Shown: positions 37,540-47,465 of the stretch, piece by piece
Layout of the letters: every line of letters starts with the position of its first letter
How positions within the stretch are numbered: the stretch's first letter is position 1
NCBI GenBank assembly: GCA_028704635.1
Contig: JAQWFB010000002.1
Coordinates: forward strand, 693-64,692
Direction of reading: 5' to 3'
Length of the DNA: 64,000 nucleotides
Origin: Candidatus Shapirobacteria bacterium
Lineage (GTDB): Bacteria > Patescibacteriota > Microgenomatia > UBA12405
Position numbers and translations under genes: made by a program
The notes under the pieces: generated by a model
Database searches by the model: none
Told to the model about the DNA's origin: nothing
The model's input: the letters and a program-made list of their open reading frames with translations, nothing else

Positions 37540-37569
37540 TGTAGAGACGTTCTGCAGAACGTCTCTACA
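37540..37569. repeat. Perfect palindrome tgtagagacgttc-tgca-gaacgtctctaca. Same family as 13008-13035
   Basis: 13-bp perfect arms. Shared gtagagacgtt core. Confidence 0.75.
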
Positions 37570-37578
37570 TTTCAAAAA

Positions 37579-38736
37579 CTAAATATTTTTTATTATCCCA
37601 GCAATTTTATTTCCTAATTCTTCAAACTCTTTCTCTTTCCATCCTCGAGTCGTCATTGCCGGTGTTCCAATTCTAATTCCCGATGGTCTAAATGGACTAC
37701 CTTTTTCATGTGGCACAGTATTCGCATTAACCACAATTCCCTCTTCTTCTAATTTTACTGCTGCCTCTTTTCCTTTTTCAAAACCCACCTCCACCACCAT
37801 TAAATGATTCTCTGTTCCAAAAACTTTTAGACCATTTTTTCTTAAAGTTTCTGCCAATATTTTGGCATTTTTAATTATTTGGCTGGCATAATCTTTAAAA
37901 TCTTGAGTATCAGCCTCTCCAAAAGCTACTGCCAAAGCTGCAATCTGGTTTTCATGCGGACCACCCTGCATCCCTGGAAACACTGCTTTGTCAATTTTTT
38001 TAGCTAAATCAGAATCTTTTTCTAATCCTTTTTTAGTTACTCCAATTACTGCTCCTCGTGGACCCCTTAAACTTTTATGAGTTGTCGAAGTGACTATATG
38101 AACATATTCATTTGGACTTGGATGAACACCGCCAACCACTAAACCCACAATATGAGAAATATCTGCCACCAACCAAGCACCTACACTGTCAGCAATTTCT
38201 CCAAATTTCTTAAAATCCAAAATATATGGATAAGCTGTTGTTCCTGCAAATATCATTTTTGGTTTTTCCTCTAAAACCAGCTTTTGTAATTTATCATAAT
38301 CAATTCGACCATCTTCCTCAACATCATATTGAACACTTTCAAAAAATTTTCCTGAAAAAGAAACTTTTGGATGACCATGAGTTAAATGTCCACCAGCTGA
38401 AAGTTTTAATCCACAAATTTTATCTCCTTGTTCTAAAAGTGCCATTTGAACTGCACTATTAGCTGGACTTCCCGAATATGGTTGCACATTTAAATGTTCC
38501 ACCCCCAAAACCTTTTTTCCTCTCTCAATAGCTAAATTTTCAATTTGATCGACAAACTCATTACCTTGATAATATCTCTTTCCTGGATAACCTTCAGCAT
38601 ATTTATTTGTTAAACAACTTCCCAAAGCCATTCTAACTTCATCCGAAGCAAAATTTTCGCTTGGAATTAAATGAATTAAATTTTGTTGCCTTTCTTCTTC
38701 TTTTTTAATTAAATCTCTAATTTGTTTATCTATCAT
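37579..38736 (-). CDS. glyA: Serine hydroxymethyltransferase
   Basis: LIPSENF, PLP-lysine region TTHKSLRGPRG. Confidence 0.9.
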   Translation of the reverse strand: MIDKQIRDLIKKEEERQQNLIHLIPSENFASDEVRMALGSCLTNKYAEGYPGKRYYQGNEFVDQIENLAIERGKKVLGVEHLNVQPYSGSPANSAVQMALLEQGDKICGLKLSAGGHLTHGHPKVSFSGKFFESVQYDVEEDGRIDYDKLQKLVLEEKPKMIFAGTTAYPYILDFKKFGEIADSVGAWLVADISHIVGLVVGGVHPSPNEYVHIVTSTTHKSLRGPRGAVIGVTKKGLEKDSDLAKKIDKAVFPGMQGGPHENQIAALAVAFGEADTQDFKDYASQIIKNAKILAETLRKNGLKVFGTENHLMVVEVGFEKGKEAAVKLEEEGIVVNANTVPHEKGSPFRPSGIRIGTPAMTTRGWKEKEFEELGNKIAGIIKNI

Positions 38737-38802
38737 AAAAATAATTTTAAAAATTAATAACTCAAAACCGGGGCAAAAAATTATCTATATCATAATTCCA
38801 TT

Positions 38803-39762
38803 TTACAACAATTTACTTTGCTCCTCCCATTTAAAAAGTTCTCCTAGCGATTTCTCTTTATGAATTCGATCAATAATCTTACTTAAAAGTGGTGCCAAAG
38901 AAATTATTTTCATTTTCTTTATTCTATTTTCTTTAGAAATTGGAATTGTATCTAAAAAAATAACCTCCGATGCACAACAATTCTCCAAATTCTGCTTTGC
39001 AGAACCATTTAATAAAGCATGTGTCGCACAAATAATCACTTTTTTAGCCCCATATTTTTTAACCACCTCCGCTGCCGCGCAAATTGATCCACCAGTATCT
39101 ACCATGTCATCAATTATAATTGCCGTTTTCCCTTTTACATCACCCACCACATGAGCCACCTCGCATTTATTGTGTTCTCTTCTGATTTTATCAATAATTG
39201 CAATCGGTGCATTTAATAAATCAGCCATTTTATTAGCTCTCTTTACCCCCCCAACATCTGGCGATACTATTACCATATCTTTATGTTTTTTCTCCACTAA
39301 GTATTTTGTTATTAATGGATAACCCACAAAATGATCAACTGGAATATCATAAAAACCCTGAATTTGATCAGCATGTAAATCCACTGTCACCAACCTATTT
39401 ACCCCCGCCTTGGTAATTAAATCAGCCACTAATTTTGCTGTTATTGGTTCGTGTGATTGCGTTCTTCTATCTTGCCTTGAATAACACATCTGTGGACAAA
39501 TTAAATTAATTCTCCCTGCTGATGATCTCTTTAAAGCATCAACTAAAATCAAAAGCTCCATCAAACAATCATTAACCGGATTTGTCATCGTTTGAATAAT
39601 AAAAATATCATCACCTCGTACCCTCTTGCCCAATCTCACATAAATTTCTCCATTGGCAAATTTTTTAATCGTTATCGGTGTTAATGGTATTTCTAATTTT
39701 TTTGATATTTTCTGAGCCAAATCTGGATGCGACGTCCCAGCTATTAACTGAATTCCATTCAT
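38803..39762 (-). CDS. prs: Ribose-phosphate pyrophosphokinase
   Basis: Typical Prs N-terminus and PRPP-binding loop DDMVDTGGS. Confidence 0.9.
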   Translation of the reverse strand: MNGIQLIAGTSHPDLAQKISKKLEIPLTPITIKKFANGEIYVRLGKRVRGDDIFIIQTMTNPVNDCLMELLILVDALKRSSAGRINLICPQMCYSRQDRRTQSHEPITAKLVADLITKAGVNRLVTVDLHADQIQGFYDIPVDHFVGYPLITKYLVEKKHKDMVIVSPDVGGVKRANKMADLLNAPIAIIDKIRREHNKCEVAHVVGDVKGKTAIIIDDMVDTGGSICAAAEVVKKYGAKKVIICATHALLNGSAKQNLENCCASEVIFLDTIPISKENRIKKMKIISLAPLLSKIIDRIHKEKSLGELFKWEEQSKLL

Positions 39763-40445
39763 AAAAATCTCCTTTTATTAATTTCTTCAAAAATAATATT
39801 ATGTATTTCCTCTTTTGGTAATAATTTTCCATCCCGACAACAATCTATCAACACCCACAAATCGGGCTCTTTGTCAGCCATTTTTTTATATTCTTTTGCT
39901 GATTCCATTTGATGATTAAAATCTTCCTCTGCTGCATCCATCGCCTGCCCTTTAGTGTAATTTCTTTCTATTTTTTTTAAAATATTTTCCCTGCAAATTG
40001 GCGGATCCACCAACAAAACCAAAACCAAATCAGGTTTTTTAATTCCCATTTGGTTATACCCAGCTTCCCATAGCCAATTAGCATAAATTTCTCTATCATT
40101 TTCTGGTCTTTTAGCAATTTGATGAACATTCGAAGTAAAATATCGATTAGAAATTACTATCATCCCTTTTTCTAGTGCTGGCTCAATTATTTTTTTACTT
40201 CCATCAGCTTCATCAAGAATATAAGGCAACACTGTTAAGTAAGAACTTATTTCCATCGGATTTCCAAATTCTTTCGACAACATTCTTCCCACATGTTTTC
40301 CCCAAAAACTCGTTTCATAATGAGGATAATCATCCACTACTACTTCTCTATTTTCTTTTTTTAATCTTTCGACCAACAACTCCGTTTGTGTTCCTTTACC
40401 TGCTCCATCAATCCCTTCAATTACAATAAATTTGCCTTTATTCAT
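39759..40445 (-). CDS. tmk: Thymidylate kinase family protein
   Basis: IVIEGIDGAGKGTQ P-loop. Between thyX and prs. Confidence 0.7.
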   Translation of the reverse strand: MNKGKFIVIEGIDGAGKGTQTELLVERLKKENREVVVDDYPHYETSFWGKHVGRMLSKEFGNPMEISSYLTVLPYILDEADGSKKIIEPALEKGMIVISNRYFTSNVHQIAKRPENDREIYANWLWEAGYNQMGIKKPDLVLVLLVDPPICRENILKKIERNYTKGQAMDAAEEDFNHQMESAKEYKKMADKEPDLWVLIDCCRDGKLLPKEEIHNIIFEEINKRRFL

Positions 40446-41157
40446 TTTCCTTTAATTTTGATCCTTTAATCGTTTTCCATAAACCACAAGAAAGTTTTCC
40501 TTGATCACAAAGTTTTTCTGACACACACGGTGCTCCAGCATTTTCAAAAATATTTGGTGCCACTTCTTTAACTAAGTCCAGCATTTGTTTAGCAATTTCT
40601 CTTATTTCCCATTGCGCTCTAATGCAAGATCTCACACTAAAAAAATGTAATAATTCTCTTGCATTCATACTCATTACCATTTTTATTTGAACTGATTGTG
40701 GTTGACAAAACCTTGCATCCTCAGCCTTAATTCCAGCATCCGTCAATTCGTTATAAAGTTCTTGAGAATTATCTAAATGTTTTAAATATTTTTCATAAAG
40801 TTTTTTATCTTTTAAAGCTCTTATCATTGGTGGTACCCTATAAGCTGCATCACCCCTTTTTACATATCTTCCCGACTGAATCGAGAAAGAAGCAATTCTA
40901 TGTCGAATCAAATGAATTTCAGTCACTCGACTTACTCCATCAATTGAAAAAGTAAAAGTTGCATGTTCCAAAGTCGAAGTGTGGCCCGATTCAATTACTT
41001 GCTTAATCAATCTATTTTTAACTTCTTCTGTTGTTTTTTCTTTAAGCTCCTCAGCTCCCACTGCACTATAACACTGTCTAATTGCCGCCACCACATTTTG
41101 TTCCGGATCAGCCGTATGGCTTAACAATTTAACCTTCAATTGATCTTCCTTGGCCAT
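40438..41157 (-). CDS. thyX: FAD-dependent thymidylate synthase ThyX
   Basis: ThyX motif RHRIASFSIQSGRY (RHRxxxxxxxSxRY). Confidence 0.85.
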   Translation of the reverse strand: MAKEDQLKVKLLSHTADPEQNVVAAIRQCYSAVGAEELKEKTTEEVKNRLIKQVIESGHTSTLEHATFTFSIDGVSRVTEIHLIRHRIASFSIQSGRYVKRGDAAYRVPPMIRALKDKKLYEKYLKHLDNSQELYNELTDAGIKAEDARFCQPQSVQIKMVMSMNARELLHFFSVRSCIRAQWEIREIAKQMLDLVKEVAPNIFENAGAPCVSEKLCDQGKLSCGLWKTIKGSKLKENE

Positions 41158-41243
41158 TCTTTATTAAAATTTTTTAAAAAATATAATCTAAGACAGATTA
41201 AACCCGCTTCCCCTTTAAATCAATTAAACAATCTATATCAAAA

Positions 41244-41972
41244 TTATTTAAATTCAAAAGTTACGGTTAATGTCTTGGAAATAGTTGAAGTTCCAGGACT
41301 TAATTCCGCTCCACCCATACCAGAAGATAAAGCTTTATAAATTGGAGAATAATTACCACTACTACCTTCAACCACATTAATTACTTTACCCAATTTTCTT
41401 CCACTCAAACTAACAATTAATTCCGCTCTTTCTTTTGCATCAGCCATAGCACTTTCATATAAAGTTTTTTCCGTATCGGTAGTGTTTTCAATCCTAAAAC
41501 TTGGACCATAAATATTATTGGCTCCACTTTTATTCAATAAATCCATTAAAGCATTCGCTTTTGACATATCTCTTAAAGTAATTTCAACCGTACTATTTAC
41601 TACCCATTGATTCTTTTTTGATTTATCTGTCTCTTGTTGTTCATAAACATTAACACTCTGTGTCTGAATATCTCCTTCAGCAATTCCAAAATCTTTAACT
41701 GACGATACCAATTCTTTAACCTTTTTATTAACCTCATCAACAGCCTCTTCCTTTTTTTCTTTAATTACATTTACTCCCGCACTAAAACTAGCCACTTCAT
41801 TTACTTGTTTAGTTTCTGATTCCCCTGTTACCACTACTGTTTCTTCCTGAAATTTTATCTTTCCCCAATTAATATTTTTCCAAGGCAATGCAAACGCCGC
41901 AATTATAATCAAAATCAAAACTACCACACCTTTATTCTCTGTATGTTTTTTCATAAATAATTTTAACATCAA
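41244..41972 (-). CDS. SIMPL/DUF541-like exported protein
   Basis: N-terminal TM/signal, two-domain beta-rich periplasmic protein ending TLTVTFEFK. Confidence 0.5.
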   Translation of the reverse strand: MMLKLFMKKHTENKGVVVLILIIIAAFALPWKNINWGKIKFQEETVVVTGESETKQVNEVASFSAGVNVIKEKKEEAVDEVNKKVKELVSSVKDFGIAEGDIQTQSVNVYEQQETDKSKKNQWVVNSTVEITLRDMSKANALMDLLNKSGANNIYGPSFRIENTTDTEKTLYESAMADAKERAELIVSLSGRKLGKVINVVEGSSGNYSPIYKALSSGMGGAELSPGTSTISKTLTVTFEFK

Positions 41973-42066
41973 AAAATATTGATTAAAAAATCAGATTAAC
42001 TATGCTAGAATGTTTTTGAATTAAGAAAATCTTAATTCAAAAAGCACATTGAAAGGAAGAATAACC

Positions 42067-42432
42067 ATGAGAATAATTATTGTAGAGCATAATAACAATT
42101 GTGTCAGCCAAAAAGTGGAAAAAATTGGATCATCAATCAACAGAATAAAACCCCTTATTAAACAAGAAGTTAAAATCTTTTTTTCAAAAAATGATCTCGA
42201 TTCAAAAAAAATCGCCCAAAAAATTACCAGTTTAATTAAAATTAAAGAAATTAAACCAGTCACAATCTCTCTGTCCAACAGTAACCTTATCGAAACGATT
42301 AGAGCTGAAACCGACACCATTATAATTATCACCCGTGATTACAAAATTTCTCACTTTCTCCGACAAAATGGTTCTTTATTATCTGAATATGTTATAGGCG
42401 GATTAGGAAGTATAATAATTATCGATTTTTGA
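42067..42432 (+). CDS. Hypothetical protein (start at MRIIIV with SD aaaggaag). Preferred over overlapping antisense ORF
   Basis: RBS 8 nt upstream. Followed by terminator 42497-42531. Confidence 0.35.
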   Translation: MRIIIVEHNNNCVSQKVEKIGSSINRIKPLIKQEVKIFFSKNDLDSKKIAQKITSLIKIKEIKPVTISLSNSNLIETIRAETDTIIIITRDYKISHFLRQNGSLLSEYVIGGLGSIIIIDF

Positions 42433-42496
42433 TTCTAAATCAAAGCTTTTTAACAATCATTAATCAACATCACCAGGCTTTTTCAGCCTAAACTTT

Positions 42497-42531
42497 AAAC
42501 CTACATTAGGTAAAACTTTTGTAGGTTTTTT
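42497..42531 (+). terminator. Intrinsic terminator aaacctaca...tgtaggtttttt
   Basis: 8-bp stem, T-run. Confidence 0.6.
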
Positions 42532-42599
42532 CTTTTTCTTAATTAATTTTAAATATATCAAAATATATCAATTATTCCGCATAAATATATCCTTCTATA

Positions 42600-43472
42600 T
42601 CATTTACACAAAGGGCACTTATCACCAGAATAATAACAATCACATTTTTCACAATGTTTCAAACCATCAACATTTCCTAGTCCGTAAACCAACTCTCCAT
42701 TTATACCCACTGACACAATTATTCCCATTCTATTATTTTCACTTCCCCAAGAACTTCCATGCCCCCCTTCAGTATTAATTTCATTCCCCATTCTTGCCAT
42801 TAAGCTTTCAAATAAATAATTATCACCATCTGCTCTTTCCATGGCCATTCTTACATCTTTTTCCATTTTTATTTTATTTTCAGTATCCTTACCTTCCTCA
42901 ATAAAATCCCAAATTTCCATAAACTCAGGCATTATTTTTTTACATTCATATATCCAATCATCAATCTCTTCAATCCTAAATCCTATCGGTTGTTGCCTTA
43001 CGCTTTCCTTATTATTAATTGAACCTATAGATTTTCCATTATTTTTTAACAATCTCTTAGCCAATTCAAACGATTCATTTTCATCACAAAGCAAGGGAAC
43101 ATGTCTCCCATAAACCACCCATTCATTTTTTCCAAAAACAGGAAATTCTATATTCAATCTTCCCTCTTTGTAAACATTTCCACCATCATCAGGACTTATC
43201 CAAACAATCAAATTGTATCCCTTTTTACCTAAATCAAAAACATTAATTGTTGCTTCTTTTTCTGCTTCTGAATGTTTATTATATTCCCAATTATCTTTTT
43301 CTATTTTACTTTCTACATAAAGATCTGAAATATTTATTCTATTTCTTAAATCTAAATCATTAGCCCTCTCCTCCAAAAACGCTCCTGCAATTTCACTAAG
43401 AGAATTTTGATTAATATCGTAAAACTTTTTATTTTCTAAATTCATATACTTTTGCTCGAAAGTTTTGGTCAT
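42600..43472 (-). CDS. Hypothetical protein with C-terminal zinc ribbon (HCEKCDCYYSGDKCPLC), last gene of nrd operon
   Basis: 290 aa ORF. CxxC...CxxC terminus. Co-directional with nrdJ and ATR gene. Confidence 0.5.
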   Translation of the reverse strand: MTKTFEQKYMNLENKKFYDINQNSLSEIAGAFLEERANDLDLRNRINISDLYVESKIEKDNWEYNKHSEAEKEATINVFDLGKKGYNLIVWISPDDGGNVYKEGRLNIEFPVFGKNEWVVYGRHVPLLCDENESFELAKRLLKNNGKSIGSINNKESVRQQPIGFRIEEIDDWIYECKKIMPEFMEIWDFIEEGKDTENKIKMEKDVRMAMERADGDNYLFESLMARMGNEINTEGGHGSSWGSENNRMGIIVSVGINGELVYGLGNVDGLKHCEKCDCYYSGDKCPLCK

Positions 43473-43534
43473 CCGGCTCTACGGTTGCGGCACAGCCTAG
43501 GAATTACACCTAGTTCCCCATTAATAATTATTTT

Positions 43535-44035
43535 TTAATTAAACTTTGACCTCCACATCCAATTTAAAAAGGATGATAATTTATTAAAATATTTCAATAC
43601 ATTTTCATCAAATTTCTCTTTTTTCTTTTCTTCTCTATCCCATTTTAAAGTCACCACCCTCCTTTCCGCTTCTCGACAATCAGTTCGACAAATATTAATT
43701 CTCGATTCAACTTCATTTTCACCAGGTATTAAAAAATCGTTTAAATCCTTAACTCTTTTTTCATATTCTTCCGAATCACTTTCTATTTCTTCAATTCTTT
43801 TCTCTCCGTTTTTCCAATCTTTACCAACATAAAGACTACTCATAATTTCATTTAAATCTTTTTCTATTTGAAGAATTTTTTCATTTTCTTCTTTTTCCTC
43901 TATCACCACTCTAGTCCACCCCAACCGGGCCTGAAACTTATCAATCGCTCCAACTGCTTCCACAAAAGGAGAATCTTTACTCACACTTAAATTGCATTCT
44001 CCTGATGTAAAACCTTTATCTCCTCTTTCACTCAT
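43535..44035 (-). CDS. PduO-type ATP:cob(I)alamin adenosyltransferase (MMAB family)
   Basis: N-terminus RGDKGFTSG...VSKDSPFVEAVGAIDKFQARLG matches TGDKGxTSL..VxKDDxRVEAxGxxDELN signature. Confidence 0.6.
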   Translation of the reverse strand: MSERGDKGFTSGECNLSVSKDSPFVEAVGAIDKFQARLGWTRVVIEEKEENEKILQIEKDLNEIMSSLYVGKDWKNGEKRIEEIESDSEEYEKRVKDLNDFLIPGENEVESRINICRTDCREAERRVVTLKWDREEKKKEKFDENVLKYFNKLSSFLNWMWRSKFN

Positions 44036-44040
44036 ATTTT

Positions 44041-46545
44041 TTAACTACATTTACTATAACCACAAAACTCATTTGTACATTTAAAACAGCCCTCCTCAGC
44101 TCGAAGTGGACTACCGCAATCTGGACAAGAAAGTACTTTACTTTCCATAACAGCTCGTTCAACTCTAATATTTTCCAATGCTGTTGTATCGATTGAATTT
44201 TTTTCGCAGGCAAACATATCTAATTGTTCACCCCGTGAAATTTCCAAAAGCGATTTCCCAACTGCATCAAACATACTCAAAACTGTCCCATTTCCTAAAC
44301 CAATTTTTTGGCCACATGAAATTCCTACTAAATTATCAGCAATTTCATCTAAACCAGCCCCATATTTTAACGATAAAGAAGCCAATCGACCAATAGCCTC
44401 AGCCGCCCCAGCCATAAATCCACCACTCTTCCCCAAGGTCACGAATACCTCCACTGGACCATCACCCGCTTCATAAAAAATTGAAGTGTAGACACTCCCC
44501 AAATCACATTTCTTTTTTAATCTCACCCCACGAGCCATTACTGGTGTTTCTTTTTTCTTTGGTGGCAAAACTACAACCTTTTCTTCAGTTGTTTCTTTTT
44601 CTTTAACTTTTGACATTGGCTCAAATGACCTTGAACCACTCCTATAAATAGTAATACCCTTAGTTCCTAAAGCATAAGATTTTAAATAAGCCTCCCTAAC
44701 ATCATCAACCGTTGCTTCCTCTGGTAAATTAATTGTTTTTGAAACCGCATTATCAGTATATTTTTGAAAAGCCGCCTGAATTCTAATATGCCATTCTGGT
44801 TCAATTTCCAAGGCTGTAATAAAAACTGATTTCAAATCTTCAGGAATTTCTTCCACTCCTTTCAAAATTCCTCCATTTTTGACAATTTTTTCAATCAATT
44901 CTTCGGAATAAATTTCTCTCCTTTTTAATTCATCAACTAAAGTTGGATTAACACTGTAAAGAGTTTTTCCTTCAACTGTGTTTTTTTGATAACCCAAAGA
45001 AAATACTGGTTCAATTCCTGAACTGGTATCAGCCAACATACTAATCGTTCCAGTTGGAGCAATCGTCGTTAAAGCCATATTTCTTGGTTTGTAATCAGTA
45101 TTAGCAAAAACACTCACATCCCACAAAGGAAAAGTTCCTCTGGTTTTAGCCAATTCACAAGTTGCCTCCCTAGCCGATTCAGTTACAAACTTCATTATTT
45201 TTCCTGCCCATTCAATCCCTTCCTCCGAATCATATCTCACCCCCAATTTAAATAATGCATCAGCAAATCCCATCACCCCAACCCCAATTCTTCTAGTTTT
45301 ACTTACCATATCCCTAATTTTTTGAACTGGAAATTCATTTACTTCCACCACATTATCCAAAAAATGCACTCCAATTCTAATAGTTTCTTTTAAATCTTCC
45401 CAATTAATGTCGCCCTTTTTAAGGGAGATGTCAGCACCAGCTGACAGAGGGTTTTGTTTTACAAACTTTGCCAAATTAACACTCCCTAAATTACAAGCAT
45501 CATAAGGCAAAAGTGGTTGTTCTCCACAAGGATTAGTAGCTTCAATTCGACCAATAGTTGGGACTGGATTTGAAGTTGAGTCGTTCATTCTGTCTATAAA
45601 AACTAAGCCTGGATCACCAAATTGCCAAGCCAATCGTGTTACTAAATTAAATACTTTATAAGCATTCAATTTCATCGCCACCTCACCTGTTCTTGGGTTA
45701 ATTAATTCATACCCTTCCCCTTCTTGGCTGGCAATTGCCCAATCGTATAATTTTTTAACTCCAGCCTCAATATCTCTCAACCTTCTTTCGACATTTCGAT
45801 CTTCCTCCGCGTTTTTTATTTCCTCAATAACCTCTTCTGGAATCGAATCGTCAGTCACAAATTTTTTATCAATTTCAATTCTCTCCATAAACGCATTCGT
45901 CACCGCCAAGGAAATATTGAAATTAGTCAAACTCCATTCATCTAATTTAACCACTGCAAATCTCAACACATCAGGATGATCAATTGACAACATTCCCATA
46001 TTTGCTCCACGTCGCACTCCACCCTGTTTAATTTGAGCCGTCACATCATTATAAGCCTGCATAAAACTAACCGGTCCAACCGTAGTTCCACCACTCGTTT
46101 TAATATAATCACCACTTGGTCGTAATCGAGAAAATGAAAAACCCGTTCCACCACCACTTTTGTGAATCATAGCCATATTCGACATGGTTTCTAAAATTGA
46201 TTCCATCGAGTCATCAATTGGCAACACGAAACAAGCTGATAATTGTTGATGTGGTTTGCCTGCATTTATCAAGCAAGGCGTATTGGGTAAAAATTTTTGT
46301 TCCGCAAATAATTGATAAAAAGTCTTGGCTTGTTTTTCGATTCCTTCATCATTTATTCCAAAAAATCTATCCCCTTTAGCCACATTAGTCGCCACTCTCC
46401 AAAAAATATCTTTAACTGTCTCATATGGTTTACCGTCTTCACTTTTTCGTGAATACCTAGTTTCAGCAATATATTTGGCATTCGCTGAAAGCTTTGGCTC
46501 CATTAGTTCACCACCACTAATATTTTGTCTTGATGTATCTGTCAT
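44041..46545 (-). CDS. nrdJ: Adenosylcobalamin-dependent (class II) ribonucleotide reductase
   Basis: 834 aa. Class II RNR core (NPCGEQPL, thiyl-Cys region). C-terminal zinc ribbon CPDCGS...CFKC. Confidence 0.9.
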   Translation of the reverse strand: MTDTSRQNISGGELMEPKLSANAKYIAETRYSRKSEDGKPYETVKDIFWRVATNVAKGDRFFGINDEGIEKQAKTFYQLFAEQKFLPNTPCLINAGKPHQQLSACFVLPIDDSMESILETMSNMAMIHKSGGGTGFSFSRLRPSGDYIKTSGGTTVGPVSFMQAYNDVTAQIKQGGVRRGANMGMLSIDHPDVLRFAVVKLDEWSLTNFNISLAVTNAFMERIEIDKKFVTDDSIPEEVIEEIKNAEEDRNVERRLRDIEAGVKKLYDWAIASQEGEGYELINPRTGEVAMKLNAYKVFNLVTRLAWQFGDPGLVFIDRMNDSTSNPVPTIGRIEATNPCGEQPLLPYDACNLGSVNLAKFVKQNPLSAGADISLKKGDINWEDLKETIRIGVHFLDNVVEVNEFPVQKIRDMVSKTRRIGVGVMGFADALFKLGVRYDSEEGIEWAGKIMKFVTESAREATCELAKTRGTFPLWDVSVFANTDYKPRNMALTTIAPTGTISMLADTSSGIEPVFSLGYQKNTVEGKTLYSVNPTLVDELKRREIYSEELIEKIVKNGGILKGVEEIPEDLKSVFITALEIEPEWHIRIQAAFQKYTDNAVSKTINLPEEATVDDVREAYLKSYALGTKGITIYRSGSRSFEPMSKVKEKETTEEKVVVLPPKKKETPVMARGVRLKKKCDLGSVYTSIFYEAGDGPVEVFVTLGKSGGFMAGAAEAIGRLASLSLKYGAGLDEIADNLVGISCGQKIGLGNGTVLSMFDAVGKSLLEISRGEQLDMFACEKNSIDTTALENIRVERAVMESKVLSCPDCGSPLRAEEGCFKCTNEFCGYSKCS

Positions 46546-46548
46546 TTT

Positions 46549-46992
46549 TTATTTTTTAAAATTACTAATTAATTTTTGAAAATCACTAACTTCATTTATA
46601 TCTAAATAAACCGTGGCAAATCGAATATATGCCATCGGATCCAAATTTTTCAACTTTTCCAAAACCAAAACTCCTATTTCCTTTGAAGGTATTTCCACAC
46701 TCGGCCAATTCAACAATGTCATTTCAATTTCATCAATCAATTTATTTTTTTCCTCTTCGTTCATTTTCCAACAAGCTTTGTCTAAACATTTTTGTAATTT
46801 TTCTCTAGAAAAGTCTTCTCTTTTGCCTGATTTTTTAATCACCTTAAGATCAATACTCCCAACTCTTTCATAAGTCGTAAATCTTTTTTTGCACTTCAAA
46901 CATTCCCTTCTTCTTCTGGTTACTTTTCCTTCTTCGGCTTCTCTGCTTTCCAATACATTGGATTCATCAAAACCACAATATGGACACAACAT
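46549..46992 (-). CDS. nrdR: Transcriptional repressor NrdR
   Basis: MLCPYCGFDESNVLESR...CLKCKKRFTTYERV zinc ribbon plus ATP-cone. Confidence 0.9.
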   Translation of the reverse strand: MLCPYCGFDESNVLESREAEEGKVTRRRRECLKCKKRFTTYERVGSIDLKVIKKSGKREDFSREKLQKCLDKACWKMNEEEKNKLIDEIEMTLLNWPSVEIPSKEIGVLVLEKLKNLDPMAYIRFATVYLDINEVSDFQKLISNFKK

Positions 46993-47031
46993 TTTTTTTG
47001 TAATTTAATTTATAAATTTTTCTTTACAGAA

Positions 47032-47047
47032 ACACTATTTCTAGTGG
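47032..47047 (-). promoter_or_regulatory. Candidate NrdR box (acactatttctagtgg) upstream of nrdR-nrdJ operon
   Basis: 16-bp near-palindrome resembling NrdR-box consensus acaCwAtATaTwGtgt, 40 nt upstream of nrdR start. Confidence 0.35.
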
Positions 47048-47188
47048 CTGTCCACCATCATACCCACTACCACTGGACTCCGTCAATAGACTAAAATATA
47101 TCAAAACCCCAATTTGCAATTATTCCGCGGACAAAAATACTCTTTATTAAAAATTCAATTCAAGCTACCTAACTGTTATAATACACTC

Positions 47189-47461
47189 ATGCAAAAAATC
47201 ATTAATTTTTTAAAAGAGGTAGCTGTAATTTTTAAAAGCATCACTTGGTCTAAAAAAGACGCTTTAATTCAGATGACAATTGTGGTAATATCAATCTCAA
47301 TTGTAATCTCCCTAATTTTGGGAGGTTTTGATTATTTGTTTACTGAGTCGATTGGTCTTTTTGGTAATTCAAAAACTACCAAAAACACAACCGAACAATC
47401 GGTTACACCAACAATGAATCCGCTTCCGACAGTCGCTTCTACTTCGGAAACATTCAAATAA
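47189..47461 (+). CDS. secE: Preprotein translocase subunit SecE with about 35-aa C-terminal extension
   Basis: Single TM KDALIQMTIVVISISIVISLILGGFD. Position upstream of nusG. Confidence 0.7.
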   Translation: MQKIINFLKEVAVIFKSITWSKKDALIQMTIVVISISIVISLILGGFDYLFTESIGLFGNSKTTKNTTEQSVTPTMNPLPTVASTSETFK

Positions 47462-47465
47462 AAAT

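Noticed and set aside
42021-42332. 103-aa hydrophobic minus-strand ORF overlapping the 42067-42432 plus ORF
   Set aside because: Mutually exclusive with the plus ORF, which has an SD and a downstream terminator. Hydrophobicity is the typical artefact of an AT-rich antisense frame.
43473-43534. Possible cobalamin riboswitch before the last nrd-operon gene (partial B12-box-like agagccggatgacc)
   Set aside because: Only about 60 nt and 9/12 match to the B12 box. Far too short for the full aptamer. More likely a small GC-rich hairpin or repeat.
44028-46579. Short ORFs inside or antisense to nrdJ (44028-44213, 44178-44396, 46197-46379, 46325-46579, 46613-46873)
   Set aside because: All embedded in the well-supported 834-aa nrdJ or the nrdR gene. 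No independent signals.
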